Source of the DNA: an uncultured Candidatus Saccharibacteria bacterium
Lineage (GTDB): Bacteria; Patescibacteriota; Minisyncoccia; RBG-13-40-8-A; JAUWHN01
DNA: 64,000 nucleotides
Direction of reading: 5' to 3'
Assembly (NCBI GenBank): GCA_964449235.1
Contig: CAYVAX010000001.1
Location: forward strand, 20,814 to 84,813
The position numbers were made by a program, and so were the translations under genes. Shown in pieces: positions 50,901-60,309 of the stretch. A model generated the notes under the pieces. That model was not told the origin of the DNA and did no database searches. It saw nothing but the letters and a program-made list of their open reading frames with translations. Positions within the stretch are counted from its first letter, which is position 1. Each line of letters opens with the position of its first letter.

Positions 50901-52073
50901 TTAACCTTCTTTTTTGATTTTTAATGTTTTATATTCTTTATTTTTCTTTTTGGCTTTTTCAATTTGTCTGCGAATAGAGCGGGGGAGAGTTTTAAGTATA
51001 TTTTTAAGCTTTTTATCGTCAACCGTTAACACTTCTTCCCATCTTCCTATGGGTTCTAAAATTTTCTTTATTTTACGATCTTCGTACTTAAAACGAGCCT
51101 GAGACGAGCGGGTAATATATCCAAAATCAGAAAAAATACGTTCTATATTTTTTTTATCAAGATACTGATTAATTAATTCTTTCAATTCTCCGATACGATT
51201 GCGGTTTTTTTTATTCTGCTCTTTTAACTCAAAAAATTCTTTAGTGATTTCTTCAATTTTTTTATCATCGGTAGTTTCCTCTTTTTCAAATTTATGCTTC
51301 CACATCGGACAAATATTCTTATATCCGCACCAATCACAAAGAACAGAAGGGCGGGGCTTAAATTCCTTATTCTTGATTTCAGCTAATCTCTCCCAGATTT
51401 CTTGCTCAACCTCTTTTAGTTGTTGCTTGTTTCTGGTGGTACTGATTGCTTCCTGGTGTTTTAAATAATAGAAAGTTAATTTAATATTCTCCAGCCCTCG
51501 TTCAGTAAGCTTTGGCCAACGATTAATTAATCCCAAACAGTAAAGAGAGAGTTGAAGACTGTTGTCAGCAGTTTGCTGTGAAGGAAGTCGTTTTGCAGTT
51601 TTATAATCAATAATCTCTATGCCGTGTTTTGTTTTGTCAATCCTGTCAATAATTCCCCTCAAAACACATTGCGAGGGAATTGATTTTGTCTGCGATGGAT
51701 TTTTCAGAGTTACTGTAAAATTAACCTCTGTGTCAATTACAGTAAATTTACCTTTATTTTTTAAATAGTATTGGTTATAATAATTCTTTAGGATATTAAC
51801 TGCTTCTGAAAAATATACTAAATCTTCTTGTTCGTCATTGAAAGATTCACTTTCCCAAATATCTTTCAAATAATTAAGCAACTCATCAAGGGTTGGGGGA
51901 GCAGGTTGCTGAGAATGAAAATATTGTAATGCTTTGTGAAGCTTACTGCCAAAGATTGCCTCTTTAGACTTTGGAGTCTTTATTTTGTCTATATGTCGAA
52001 ACTTATATTTGAGCGGGCATTGACGAAAAGTATCGAGTGCAGAATATGATGTTTTTACTTGACTATCTTTCAT
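50901..52073 (-). CDS. PD-(D/E)XK nuclease, RecB/AddB-like
   Basis: SYS....F..CP.KY, GIIDRID, IIDYKT, QL..Y, C..C.Y...CP. Confidence 0.88.
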   Translation of the reverse strand: MKDSQVKTSYSALDTFRQCPLKYKFRHIDKIKTPKSKEAIFGSKLHKALQYFHSQQPAPPTLDELLNYLKDIWESESFNDEQEDLVYFSEAVNILKNYYNQYYLKNKGKFTVIDTEVNFTVTLKNPSQTKSIPSQCVLRGIIDRIDKTKHGIEIIDYKTAKRLPSQQTADNSLQLSLYCLGLINRWPKLTERGLENIKLTFYYLKHQEAISTTRNKQQLKEVEQEIWERLAEIKNKEFKPRPSVLCDWCGYKNICPMWKHKFEKEETTDDKKIEEITKEFFELKEQNKKNRNRIGELKELINQYLDKKNIERIFSDFGYITRSSQARFKYEDRKIKKILEPIGRWEEVLTVDDKKLKNILKTLPRSIRRQIEKAKKKNKEYKTLKIKKEG

Positions 52074-52180
52074 GTTTATGTTAGAATAAAAACACAAGAA
52101 AAGAAATAAATTTTTGTTATATTTTACTCTACTATAACAAAAATTATGAACTTTTACAATTTTAAACAAAGGAGGAAAAA

Positions 52181-53200
52181 ATGAGTAAAAAAATTCTTAT
52201 TCTTAGTTTAGTAGCCTTTTTGGCTGTATCCTGTAAGTTTGATATAGTTGGTCCTTCGAAGATTACCGAAGACTCCACCGCTTCAGTTTTGGCAAATTGG
52301 GATCCATATATCGGAGTACATGCATTCAATACTGCGATCCAGAAACCTCATTTAGAAAAGCTGATTCAAGCTGGACAAATGAGCGGAGCTCGTCTAGATA
52401 TAGACAGTCCAGAATCTCAAGAGCTAAGTAGATGGTTTTCAAGCAGGGGACTTGAAGTATTGGGAATTTTTCCCAACAAATATCTCAGAGATCCTAATGT
52501 ATGTCAGATTTTTAGCAGCAAGGTAAGCCTCAACGGAAATATTAACTATTGGGAAATCGGAAATGAAGTGAGCGGTTTTATCAACATGAACCCAGAAGAA
52601 TACATGAAAATTTTTAAAAAGGTGTTCTATTATGCTAAATCCCATCATCCGAATATTACTGTCATAAATCAGCCGCCTCCTGGTAATGGAGGTGGAGCAG
52701 ATAACTTTAGAAGAATGATCGATGCTGGACTTGATGATCTCTGCAGAGACGGACTTGAAATTGTTAGCATCCATTTTTACTCTGAAAGTAGCACTCGAAT
52801 TCATGAATTCAAGCAGCAGATAAGTCGATTACCTATTAATACTAGAATCTGGATTACAGAAGCTAATCATCTGCCTGGAGATTGGTCAAAACATATTGAA
52901 TATGTCAATAAGGTCTATCCTCAGCTCAGAAATTCTTTAAGAGCTGAACGTATTTACTGGTACGTATTTTCGGCAAGAAGTAGTGAGTTTAGCCTTGTCA
53001 AAGGACTTGCAGACGGTTTAGCAGCAGAATATAGTCCGCTAATGAACATTCTCGTAGGAGAAACCAGCACTAGCACTATCAGTAACACCGATGATTATAA
53101 CTACACAACCCTTGAAGATCCGGAAAGTATTCCAACACATCACAGGAGAACAAAAACAACCAAAGAGGAAAGAGTCAACAAATTAAGGAGGAAAAAGTGA
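52181..53200 (+). CDS. Lipoprotein with clan GH-A-like glycoside hydrolase barrel
   Basis: Lipobox LAVSC; WEIGNE acid/base; SIHFY; IWITE nucleophile; YWY. Confidence 0.7.
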   Translation: MSKKILILSLVAFLAVSCKFDIVGPSKITEDSTASVLANWDPYIGVHAFNTAIQKPHLEKLIQAGQMSGARLDIDSPESQELSRWFSSRGLEVLGIFPNKYLRDPNVCQIFSSKVSLNGNINYWEIGNEVSGFINMNPEEYMKIFKKVFYYAKSHHPNITVINQPPPGNGGGADNFRRMIDAGLDDLCRDGLEIVSIHFYSESSTRIHEFKQQISRLPINTRIWITEANHLPGDWSKHIEYVNKVYPQLRNSLRAERIYWYVFSARSSEFSLVKGLADGLAAEYSPLMNILVGETSTSTISNTDDYNYTTLEDPESIPTHHRRTKTTKEERVNKLRRKK

Positions 53201-53844
53201 GGATACTTAGAATTAAAACATTTCTCATTTTATTTGTAGCGCTTACTATTACAGTTAATGCTGAAACTACGATTAAAACTGGATTATCTTTTAACTTCGG
53301 ACAAGTTGAAGATTATAAATTTAACATTAACAGCGTAGAACTAGAAGTAGAACAGTCGATCTATAAAGGATTTGGTTTGGGGATTGGGATCAGAAAAGAT
53401 ATAGACTGGCTTCATAGCGGCATATATCTCAGGCTGTATCCTAGCTATCGAATACAAATTTCTGATAATTTCTCTCTACCAGTAGCAGCCGGAGTAGAAT
53501 ATGGTATGCCTGCTAGTAAATACAACAATTACAGCACAGAATATGATGGCAATAAACTGATTTCTCATAAGTGGATATACATCATTCAGAACGCGTCCTT
53601 TCCTGATAAACTTAAAGAAGGTAATACTGGCACCATTTACCCATTCATTTCTTTGGCCGCCAGTTATCAGTTAACAAAAAGATTATTTATGGAAGTGGGG
53701 GTTCGAGCTCAGTTTATTAAATTTCGAGTAGAAAGTTGCAAATTCCACCCTTCAATAGAAGTTGATGAAAGTAGCAAATGGAGTCCAATTGGGACGATTA
53801 CAATCAAAATCGGCTACAAATTTTTCAAAAAAAATGACGCTTGA
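53197..53844 (+). CDS. Secreted beta-strand-rich protein resembling an outer-membrane beta-barrel
   Basis: Signal peptide VNA/E; amphipathic strands FGLGIGIR, AAGVEYG, LAASYQL, MEVGVRAQF, IKIGYKF. Confidence 0.55.
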   Translation: MRILRIKTFLILFVALTITVNAETTIKTGLSFNFGQVEDYKFNINSVELEVEQSIYKGFGLGIGIRKDIDWLHSGIYLRLYPSYRIQISDNFSLPVAAGVEYGMPASKYNNYSTEYDGNKLISHKWIYIIQNASFPDKLKEGNTGTIYPFISLAASYQLTKRLFMEVGVRAQFIKFRVESCKFHPSIEVDESSKWSPIGTITIKIGYKFFKKNDA

Positions 53845-53863
53845 GTCAATCAAGCGTCATTTT
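53831..53863. terminator. Bidirectional terminator between convergent genes
   Basis: AAAATGACGCTTGA-gtcaa-TCAAGCGTCATTTT. Confidence 0.8.
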
Positions 53864-53897
53864 CTTATGGGCTCAACTTTTTACCGCTCATTCTTGT

Positions 53898-54842
53898 TTA
53901 TTCTTTTAACGGATGATATTTTTTATGGATTTTGTGAGCAAAGCGATCTGAGCCATGAACATAACGAGTGGTTGTATCCAAAGACTCATGACCTAACAAT
54001 ACCTGTATTGCGGCTGGATTAGCGCCTGCCTCTGCTAAATAAGTAGCAAATCCATGGCGAATTGAATGTGCAGAAAGCGGAATATTAATACCCAACATTT
54101 CCCTGTATTGTTTTATTTTTCTTTGTAAATAACTCGGGTCTAATTTTTTGTTTTTTTCCTTGGTCCTACTACCAGAATAGGGGATAAAGGCAAATGAGGA
54201 ATCATCTATTCTTTGTTCTAAATAATTATTTAGATGTTTTTGTGCTCGCGGAGTTAGATAAACAAACCTTTCTTTTTTTCCTTTCCCTTGAATAAAAATT
54301 CTGCCCTGCTTATCAATTTGGTTTAATTTAAAATTTAATAGTTCAGAAATTCTCATTCCGGTGGAAAAAAGAACTTCTAACATCGCTCTATTTCTTAAAG
54401 CAATTAATTTATTCTTTTCAAATCTAGTAGGTGATTCTATTATTTTTTTAATTTCCTCAAATTCTGATACTCTGGGATGTTTTTTTTCGGTCTTAATTAA
54501 TTTTATTGCCTCAGCCGACAAAGGAGATTTATAGTCCATATCAATTAAATATTTGACATATGAACGAAGAACCGAAAGCATTCTATTAATAGAGTAACTG
54601 CTTAATTTCTTAGTTCCTGCTTGGTTTTTAGGAGTTTTTCTATCAATCGAAGTTAGATATGCTTTATAGTTAAGAATTGTTTTTTTATCAATATTTTCAA
54701 ATTCGATTCCTTCTTCATCTAGAAAATCTTCGAACACCTTTAAATCTCTTTCGTAATTATAAAGAGTTTCATCAGATAAATTATTTGTTTTAAGGCTTAG
54801 AAGAAAGTCGTCTAAATAAGGGAGAACAATTTTTTTTTCCAT
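53898..54842 (-). CDS. XerC/XerD-family tyrosine recombinase
   Basis: TGMRISEL, GKGKKER, HSIRHGFAT, LLGHESLDTT.RY. Confidence 0.92.
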   Translation of the reverse strand: MEKKIVLPYLDDFLLSLKTNNLSDETLYNYERDLKVFEDFLDEEGIEFENIDKKTILNYKAYLTSIDRKTPKNQAGTKKLSSYSINRMLSVLRSYVKYLIDMDYKSPLSAEAIKLIKTEKKHPRVSEFEEIKKIIESPTRFEKNKLIALRNRAMLEVLFSTGMRISELLNFKLNQIDKQGRIFIQGKGKKERFVYLTPRAQKHLNNYLEQRIDDSSFAFIPYSGSRTKEKNKKLDPSYLQRKIKQYREMLGINIPLSAHSIRHGFATYLAEAGANPAAIQVLLGHESLDTTTRYVHGSDRFAHKIHKKYHPLKE

Positions 54843-54861
54843 AAGCTAAGTTATGTTATTA
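54834..54861. other. dif-like Xer recombination site
   Basis: TTTTTCCATAA-GCTAAG-TTATGTTATTA; same 11-6-11 layout and CATAA/TTATG core as E. coli dif. Confidence 0.55.
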
Positions 54862-55168
54862 GTTCTATTATGTATTCTTCTGATAGTTTTAGTAGGGTAG
54901 TTACTCTTTTTTTGATAACTTAAAAAGTCTAATATATACTGAGATAAAAATTTTTGATTTATGCAGTGGTTTAGTTTTTTAGGATAATGTTTAATCTAGT
55001 TTTAATTTATTTAAAGATTAGAAGGGGAGTGGTACTAAATTTATTTACGTAATAATTTGTATTCATTGTTCAGTGCAAGGGTTATTATACTGCATTATCT
55101 ATATCTTTATAATAACTGACCTCTAAGCGGTGTCAACACTCCCCTTGTGGATAAATGTCTTACAAAAA

Positions 55169-55882
55169 TTATTTTTTATTTTTAATTTCTCTTAAAATTC
55201 CCATGGGAGTACTCTCATCGCTTTGCCCTAAGGGATTATCTTTTAATGCTTTGGCTATTATTTTTTTGGTTCTTTTCTTAATTTCTGGACTAGCCCCTAA
55301 TATTCTTACTCCCAAATCATTGGCATCAACAATAACTACCGGACATCCTGTCTTGTTAGCTATCTGTTTGGCTACTTTTTTAGGATTTTTAGGAGCTTTA
55401 CTAGCATATTTATTATATGGAGGAATTGCGTAAGGAACCGGACCATCAACCCCCCTGGCCTGATCCCCGGCAATTTTATAAAAAACTCCTTTAATTTTAA
55501 ATAATTTTGCTAATCCTCCAATGCCAGCTGCTAGAAGTATTCGCAAAGGTCCAACCTCTTCAATCGCTAATTGCATTGTTTCCGGAGACGCTAACCCTAT
55601 TCCTCCGGGATTTTTGTATACATACTTACTTAAAAAAACAGCCATTTTAGACGGTTCTATCTCCTTTACTGGATAAGCGCGTCCTTGATTAATGGCTACA
55701 ATTTTTTCAGCTATAAATAATATGTCTCCCTTTTTAAGTAATTCCTTGGTATATTTTTTAATTAATTCTGTTAAATTTTTATCTTCCAACTTGATCAATT
55801 TGGTTTTAATTGGATAACGGGCAAACTTTTTACCATTAACCTCAATAATTAATTTTTTCTCCGGATTGGGCTTTGTGTTCAT
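55169..55882 (-). CDS. CofE/F420:glutamate ligase-like protein
   Basis: GDILFIAEKIVAI.QGR, VDG, IVDANDLG, DNPLGQSDESTP. Confidence 0.7.
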   Translation of the reverse strand: MNTKPNPEKKLIIEVNGKKFARYPIKTKLIKLEDKNLTELIKKYTKELLKKGDILFIAEKIVAINQGRAYPVKEIEPSKMAVFLSKYVYKNPGGIGLASPETMQLAIEEVGPLRILLAAGIGGLAKLFKIKGVFYKIAGDQARGVDGPVPYAIPPYNKYASKAPKNPKKVAKQIANKTGCPVVIVDANDLGVRILGASPEIKKRTKKIIAKALKDNPLGQSDESTPMGILREIKNKK

Positions 55883-55888
55883 AAAACT

Positions 55889-56437
55889 TTAATAATGAAT
55901 AATTACCGGCGTGCCTATGTCCGTCCAGTTATAAACCAGCTCTGCCTCCCCTATTCCCAGCCTCACACAGCCATGAGAAATCGAATGTCCTAAACTCCAA
56001 GCTGATTCTCTAACTCCGTTAATAAATGGAAGCTCGTGAATGCCATTCTCTTGCCCTCCAGCGTTATAAATCCCTATCCAATAAGGCATTGTCCATCTTT
56101 GCCCATAAGTTCCCCCATAAGCCACAGGGAGCTTAGTGAGCGCTAAAAATTCCCCGGTTTTTGTTGGTGTGCTTGACTTTCCTGTGGAAACAAGAAATTC
56201 ACCAACTATTCGTTCGTCTTCCCAGAGAATTAATTTGTGAGTAGATAAATTTATTTCTATTTTCTTAACAATATCTTTTATCTCTGGAAAAACAGAGGGC
56301 TTGGTAGGTTGAATTACAGGAGGGTAGAAATAAGGGTTAGAGGTAATCGGAATTGGAAAAATAAGAACAGTACTTATAAAAACAGCTAAAATAATAGCGC
56401 TAATCCATTCTAATTTCTCAGAACGCCTTTTTGTCAT
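55889..56437 (-). CDS. L,D-transpeptidase (YkuD domain)
   Basis: VSTG...PT..G, GIH...SHGCVRL, GTPV. Confidence 0.9.
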   Translation of the reverse strand: MTKRRSEKLEWISAIILAVFISTVLIFPIPITSNPYFYPPVIQPTKPSVFPEIKDIVKKIEINLSTHKLILWEDERIVGEFLVSTGKSSTPTKTGEFLALTKLPVAYGGTYGQRWTMPYWIGIYNAGGQENGIHELPFINGVRESAWSLGHSISHGCVRLGIGEAELVYNWTDIGTPVIIHY

Positions 56438-56438
56438 A

Positions 56439-57680
56439 TTACAAATAATCCATTGGATTTAATGTTGCTCCTGTAGGCACTAATCCGCAAGATCCGACTC
56501 GTTTTAAATAAAAAGTGTTAGAAGCATAAACTCCAAAATGTAAATGACTTCCTGAAGAATATCCCGAGCTCCCTTCATAGCCGACAATATCACCTGTGCT
56601 CACCTTGTCTCCTATGCTGTATTTACCGTAAGCAGATAAGTGAGCATATAAAGTGGTTAAATTATTTCCGTGTTTTACAGCAATCCAGCGCCCATATGAA
56701 CCGCCAAGGCAATAATTATCTGTATTTCCTATAGCCCTTACTTCCCCGTCGCTAGCCGCTCTAATTGGCGCTCCGTATCCAGCAGCAATGTCTATGCCAT
56801 TATGAAAGCCGCTTTTATATAACTGCCTACTCCAGGGGGTAACTCCGTACCCTTGAGTCAAAATGCCTTCATGGGGCCAAGAAAGAACTCCTGAGCGAGG
56901 ACTGGGAACACTTTCAGGATCAAGGGTTAATCGCAGCTCTTCTTCAATTTTAAATATTTCTTCTCTAATTTGACGCTGTTTTTCTTCAAGCTCGCTTAAC
57001 AAGCTTTGGTAGTGTCTTTCCTCTCCTCTGGTCTGTTGTAAAAGATAGCTTTTTTGAGACCTTTGCCTGCCCTCAATCTGTTTCTGGCTATAAAGCTGGG
57101 CATTATACTCCTCAAGATCTTTCTTTTTTGCTTCCAGGTCTGCCTTTTTTTCTTGTAGAACTGCCTTTAGAGCTTTCAGAGATTCTAGATTTTTTTGAAG
57201 ATTTTTTTGAAGCAATTTAATGTATTGAACTTGGTTGAGAAAATCTGAAAGGCGTTCGTTTTCTAAAACCATTTCTAACAAGCTCCGTTTGTCATATTCA
57301 TAAATAGTTCGAATGGTTCCGGCAATACTTTGCTTGTTTTTTTCAATCTCTTTTTCTTTTTCATATATTCCTAAATTCAGTTCTTGGATTTGGAAACTGG
57401 TAGCATCAATTTTGGCAGAAGTGAGATTAATTGCATTCTGTAATTTTCCAATTCGACCCTCAATTATTGATAGCTGACTCTGAAGAGTGTTTTTCTCTTG
57501 CTGCGCTACATACAATCCTTGTTCATATTCTTCAGCTCGTGCTTCTAATTGCTGAATTTCTGCTTCTTTTTCCTTAATTTTAGTCCTTAGATCATCGAGT
57601 GTTCCTGCCTGACTTTTTTGCACAGGCAAAAAAATTAAACTAAGGCATATAATACAAATAATTACTATTGTTTTTTTCAT
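56439..57680 (-). CDS. Coiled-coil M23 peptidase (EnvC/PcsB-like architecture)
   Basis: Signal peptide, long coiled coil, HNGID, YAHL, HLHF. Confidence 0.9.
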   Translation of the reverse strand: MKKTIVIICIICLSLIFLPVQKSQAGTLDDLRTKIKEKEAEIQQLEARAEEYEQGLYVAQQEKNTLQSQLSIIEGRIGKLQNAINLTSAKIDATSFQIQELNLGIYEKEKEIEKNKQSIAGTIRTIYEYDKRSLLEMVLENERLSDFLNQVQYIKLLQKNLQKNLESLKALKAVLQEKKADLEAKKKDLEEYNAQLYSQKQIEGRQRSQKSYLLQQTRGEERHYQSLLSELEEKQRQIREEIFKIEEELRLTLDPESVPSPRSGVLSWPHEGILTQGYGVTPWSRQLYKSGFHNGIDIAAGYGAPIRAASDGEVRAIGNTDNYCLGGSYGRWIAVKHGNNLTTLYAHLSAYGKYSIGDKVSTGDIVGYEGSSGYSSGSHLHFGVYASNTFYLKRVGSCGLVPTGATLNPMDYL

Positions 57681-59203
57681 TTTAACAATGTTTGAGCATA
57701 ATTAACTCTAGCCAAACTTTCTTCTTTTCCTAAAATGTCAGCAATTTCAAAGGGTCCGGGAGAAGCCTTTTTCCCTGACAAAGCAACTCTTAATGGCCAA
57801 AGAAGTTTTCCCCTATCCCCTATTTTTTCTGCTTCTGGCATCAATCTTGCTTTTAGTTGTTTAGTAGTAAATTCACTTTCTTTAATTTTAGACAAGATTT
57901 TTTCTAATTTGTCAAGAACTTCTGTAAGTTGTTTTTTTGACATCTGTTTCCATGTTAATAATTCTGGTTTGTAGTCGGGCTGCCTAAAGAAAAACTTAGT
58001 TAACTCTCCTATTTCAGAAAGCTTTTTTATCCTTGTTTGTTCCAGGGCAATAATTTTTTTAATTTTTTCAACTTCAATTCCTTTTTTTGTCTGGGTGTTA
58101 ATAAATTTTTGCTCAATATAATATCCTCCATAAGCCGGAGGGTATTGTTCATTTTTAAACTCCGGTGCTATTATCTCGCTTTTTACTAAGTACGGCAGAC
58201 ATAACTTTGTAAGCTTATCAATTGAAAGCTGCCTGATATAGTAACCGTTGAACCAATCTAATTTTTCAATATTAAATATCGCTCCTCCTTTTTGAACTTT
58301 GTCTAGAGAAAATTTCTTGATTAACTCTGTCATCGAAAAAATCTCTTCTTCTTGCTTGCTGCGATTATCTGGTCCCTGGGCAGACCAGCCTAAAAGAGCC
58401 ATAAAATTAATCATTGCTTGCGGCAAATATCCCTGCTGTTTATACTCAGCAATAGAAACTGATCCATGACGCTTGCTAAGTTTAGTCTTGTCCGGTCCTA
58501 AAATCAAAGGCAGATGAGCAAATTCCGGAACTGGTATTCCTAATGCCTTGTAAAGTAAAATCTGTTTAGGGGTATTGGAAATATGATCTTCTCCCCTAAT
58601 TACATGACTGATTTTCATTTCATAATCATCAACAACTACTGCAAAATTATACAACGGAGTTTGTAAGTCTTTAGCTATAGAAAAATCCCCTAATAAGCTG
58701 CAATCAAATTCTATTTTTCCCCGAATTAAATCATTAAACACAATTTTATTTTTGTCCGGTCTAAATCTTAAAATTCCCTTCTGTTTATTTTTACCAGGGG
58801 GTTGTTTGTTAAAATGATTACAAATATGCACTGGGGGCTGTTTTCTTTTTAGTTTTTCTTTTCGTTCTTCCTCTAGTTCTTTTTCACTGTGATAACAATA
58901 GAATGCTTGTCTGGAGTTTAAAAGTTTTTTTAAATATTTAGCGTATGTTTTGGTACGCTCGCTTTGTTTATAAAATTCATCCCATTTAATTCCTAGCCAG
59001 CTAAGACCGTCGATAATGTCTTTTTCGTATTTAGGATCAGAACGTTTTAAATCAGTATCTTCAATGCGTAAAATAAATTTTCCCTTATGGTGGTTTGCAA
59101 ATAAATAGTTGAATAAGGCTGGTCGTGCTGTTCCAACATGCAGCAATCCAGTAGGAGAAGGGGCAATTCTTACTCGTGGTTTTTTATTAATTTTTATTGG
59201 CAT
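57677..59203 (-). CDS. gltX: Glutamate-tRNA ligase
   Basis: RIAPSPTG.LHVG, RIEDTD, IRGEDH, KLSKR. Confidence 0.96.
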   Translation of the reverse strand: MPIKINKKPRVRIAPSPTGLLHVGTARPALFNYLFANHHKGKFILRIEDTDLKRSDPKYEKDIIDGLSWLGIKWDEFYKQSERTKTYAKYLKKLLNSRQAFYCYHSEKELEEERKEKLKRKQPPVHICNHFNKQPPGKNKQKGILRFRPDKNKIVFNDLIRGKIEFDCSLLGDFSIAKDLQTPLYNFAVVVDDYEMKISHVIRGEDHISNTPKQILLYKALGIPVPEFAHLPLILGPDKTKLSKRHGSVSIAEYKQQGYLPQAMINFMALLGWSAQGPDNRSKQEEEIFSMTELIKKFSLDKVQKGGAIFNIEKLDWFNGYYIRQLSIDKLTKLCLPYLVKSEIIAPEFKNEQYPPAYGGYYIEQKFINTQTKKGIEVEKIKKIIALEQTRIKKLSEIGELTKFFFRQPDYKPELLTWKQMSKKQLTEVLDKLEKILSKIKESEFTTKQLKARLMPEAEKIGDRGKLLWPLRVALSGKKASPGPFEIADILGKEESLARVNYAQTLLK

Positions 59204-60309
59204 AATTTTAAAATTTCCTCAGCAATTTTTTGATTATTATCGGACTTATAAAACGACTTCGCCTTGTCTCCCATCTCTTGCGCTTTTTGAGGATTATCGG
59301 CAATCTCAAAGATGTTGCTCAAAAATAAATTCATGGTTAGGTTGTTCTCTTCAAGGGCAACTGCCCCTCCAAGACTGGTTAAAGCCTGGGCATTTTTAGC
59401 TTGGTGGTTAGAAGCGGAATTAGACAGAGGAATAAGGATGCTGGGCTTGCCAACAGCAGCGATTTCAAAAATTCCTCCTGCCCCTGCACGACTAATTATT
59501 AAGTCGCTAACAGCGTAAGCGTGTTTTAATTTTTCCTGGCTTAAAAAAGGATAAATATGGTAGCTTCCCTTCCTGTTCGGTCCAGAACTGTGTAATAATT
59601 TTTCTTTTTCTTGTTGAATAAATTTAAAATTGTTTTTTCCGCAAATATGAATCAGTTCATATTTTTCCAACAATCGAGGCAGAGTATTTAATACCAATTG
59701 ATTTATTCTTCTTGCGCCCTGAGATCCTCCCATAATTAAAATCACTGGCTTTTCTGAAATTAAATTAAATATCTTTCTAGCTTTTTCTTTATCTCCGTCA
59801 AGCAATTCTTTTCTTACAGGGTTTCCTAAAACAGTTGTCTTTTTTTTAGGAAAATAATCAGTCGCCTCTGAAAAAGACACTATAACTTTCCTAGCAAAGC
59901 GAGCTAGCAATTTATTGGACAATCCCGGAACACTGTCAGATTCATGAATGATAACTGGAATTCTATATAACCAGCTGGCAAGTACTACTGGAAAACTTCC
60001 ATAGCCGCCCTTAGAAAATACCACATCGGGCATTATTTGAAATAAATGCCATAGGGACTGAATAAAACCAATAGGAATTTTCAATAAATCAATAAAATTG
60101 GCTAAGCTAAAATATCTGCGAAATTTTCCAGCTAAAATGAATTTGGCTTGTAATTCTTCTTTTTTAAAAGCGGTTTTGGCAAAACTATCTGGACCTAAAT
60201 AGAAAAACCTTATCTGATGATTATCAATTGTTTTTTCAACTTCAGATTTAATTGCAATAATTGGATATACATGGCCACCAGTGCCACCGCCGGTAAATAG
60301 AATTTTCAT
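59194..60309 (-). CDS. murG: Lipid II GlcNAc transferase MurG
   Basis: GGGTGGHVYP, KGGY, GNPVR, GGSQGA, SRAG, HQ.KNA. Confidence 0.96.
   Translation of the reverse strand: MKILFTGGGTGGHVYPIIAIKSEVEKTIDNHQIRFFYLGPDSFAKTAFKKEELQAKFILAGKFRRYFSLANFIDLLKIPIGFIQSLWHLFQIMPDVVFSKGGYGSFPVVLASWLYRIPVIIHESDSVPGLSNKLLARFARKVIVSFSEATDYFPKKKTTVLGNPVRKELLDGDKEKARKIFNLISEKPVILIMGGSQGARRINQLVLNTLPRLLEKYELIHICGKNNFKFIQQEKEKLLHSSGPNRKGSYHIYPFLSQEKLKHAYAVSDLIISRAGAGGIFEIAAVGKPSILIPLSNSASNHQAKNAQALTSLGGAVALEENNLTMNLFLSNIFEIADNPQKAQEMGDKAKSFYKSDNNQKIAEEILKLCQ

Noticed and set aside
53898-54842. Prophage or integron integrase
   Set aside because: Xer-sized, no IntI-specific insertion or attC array seen, no phage genes, and housekeeping genes on the right flank
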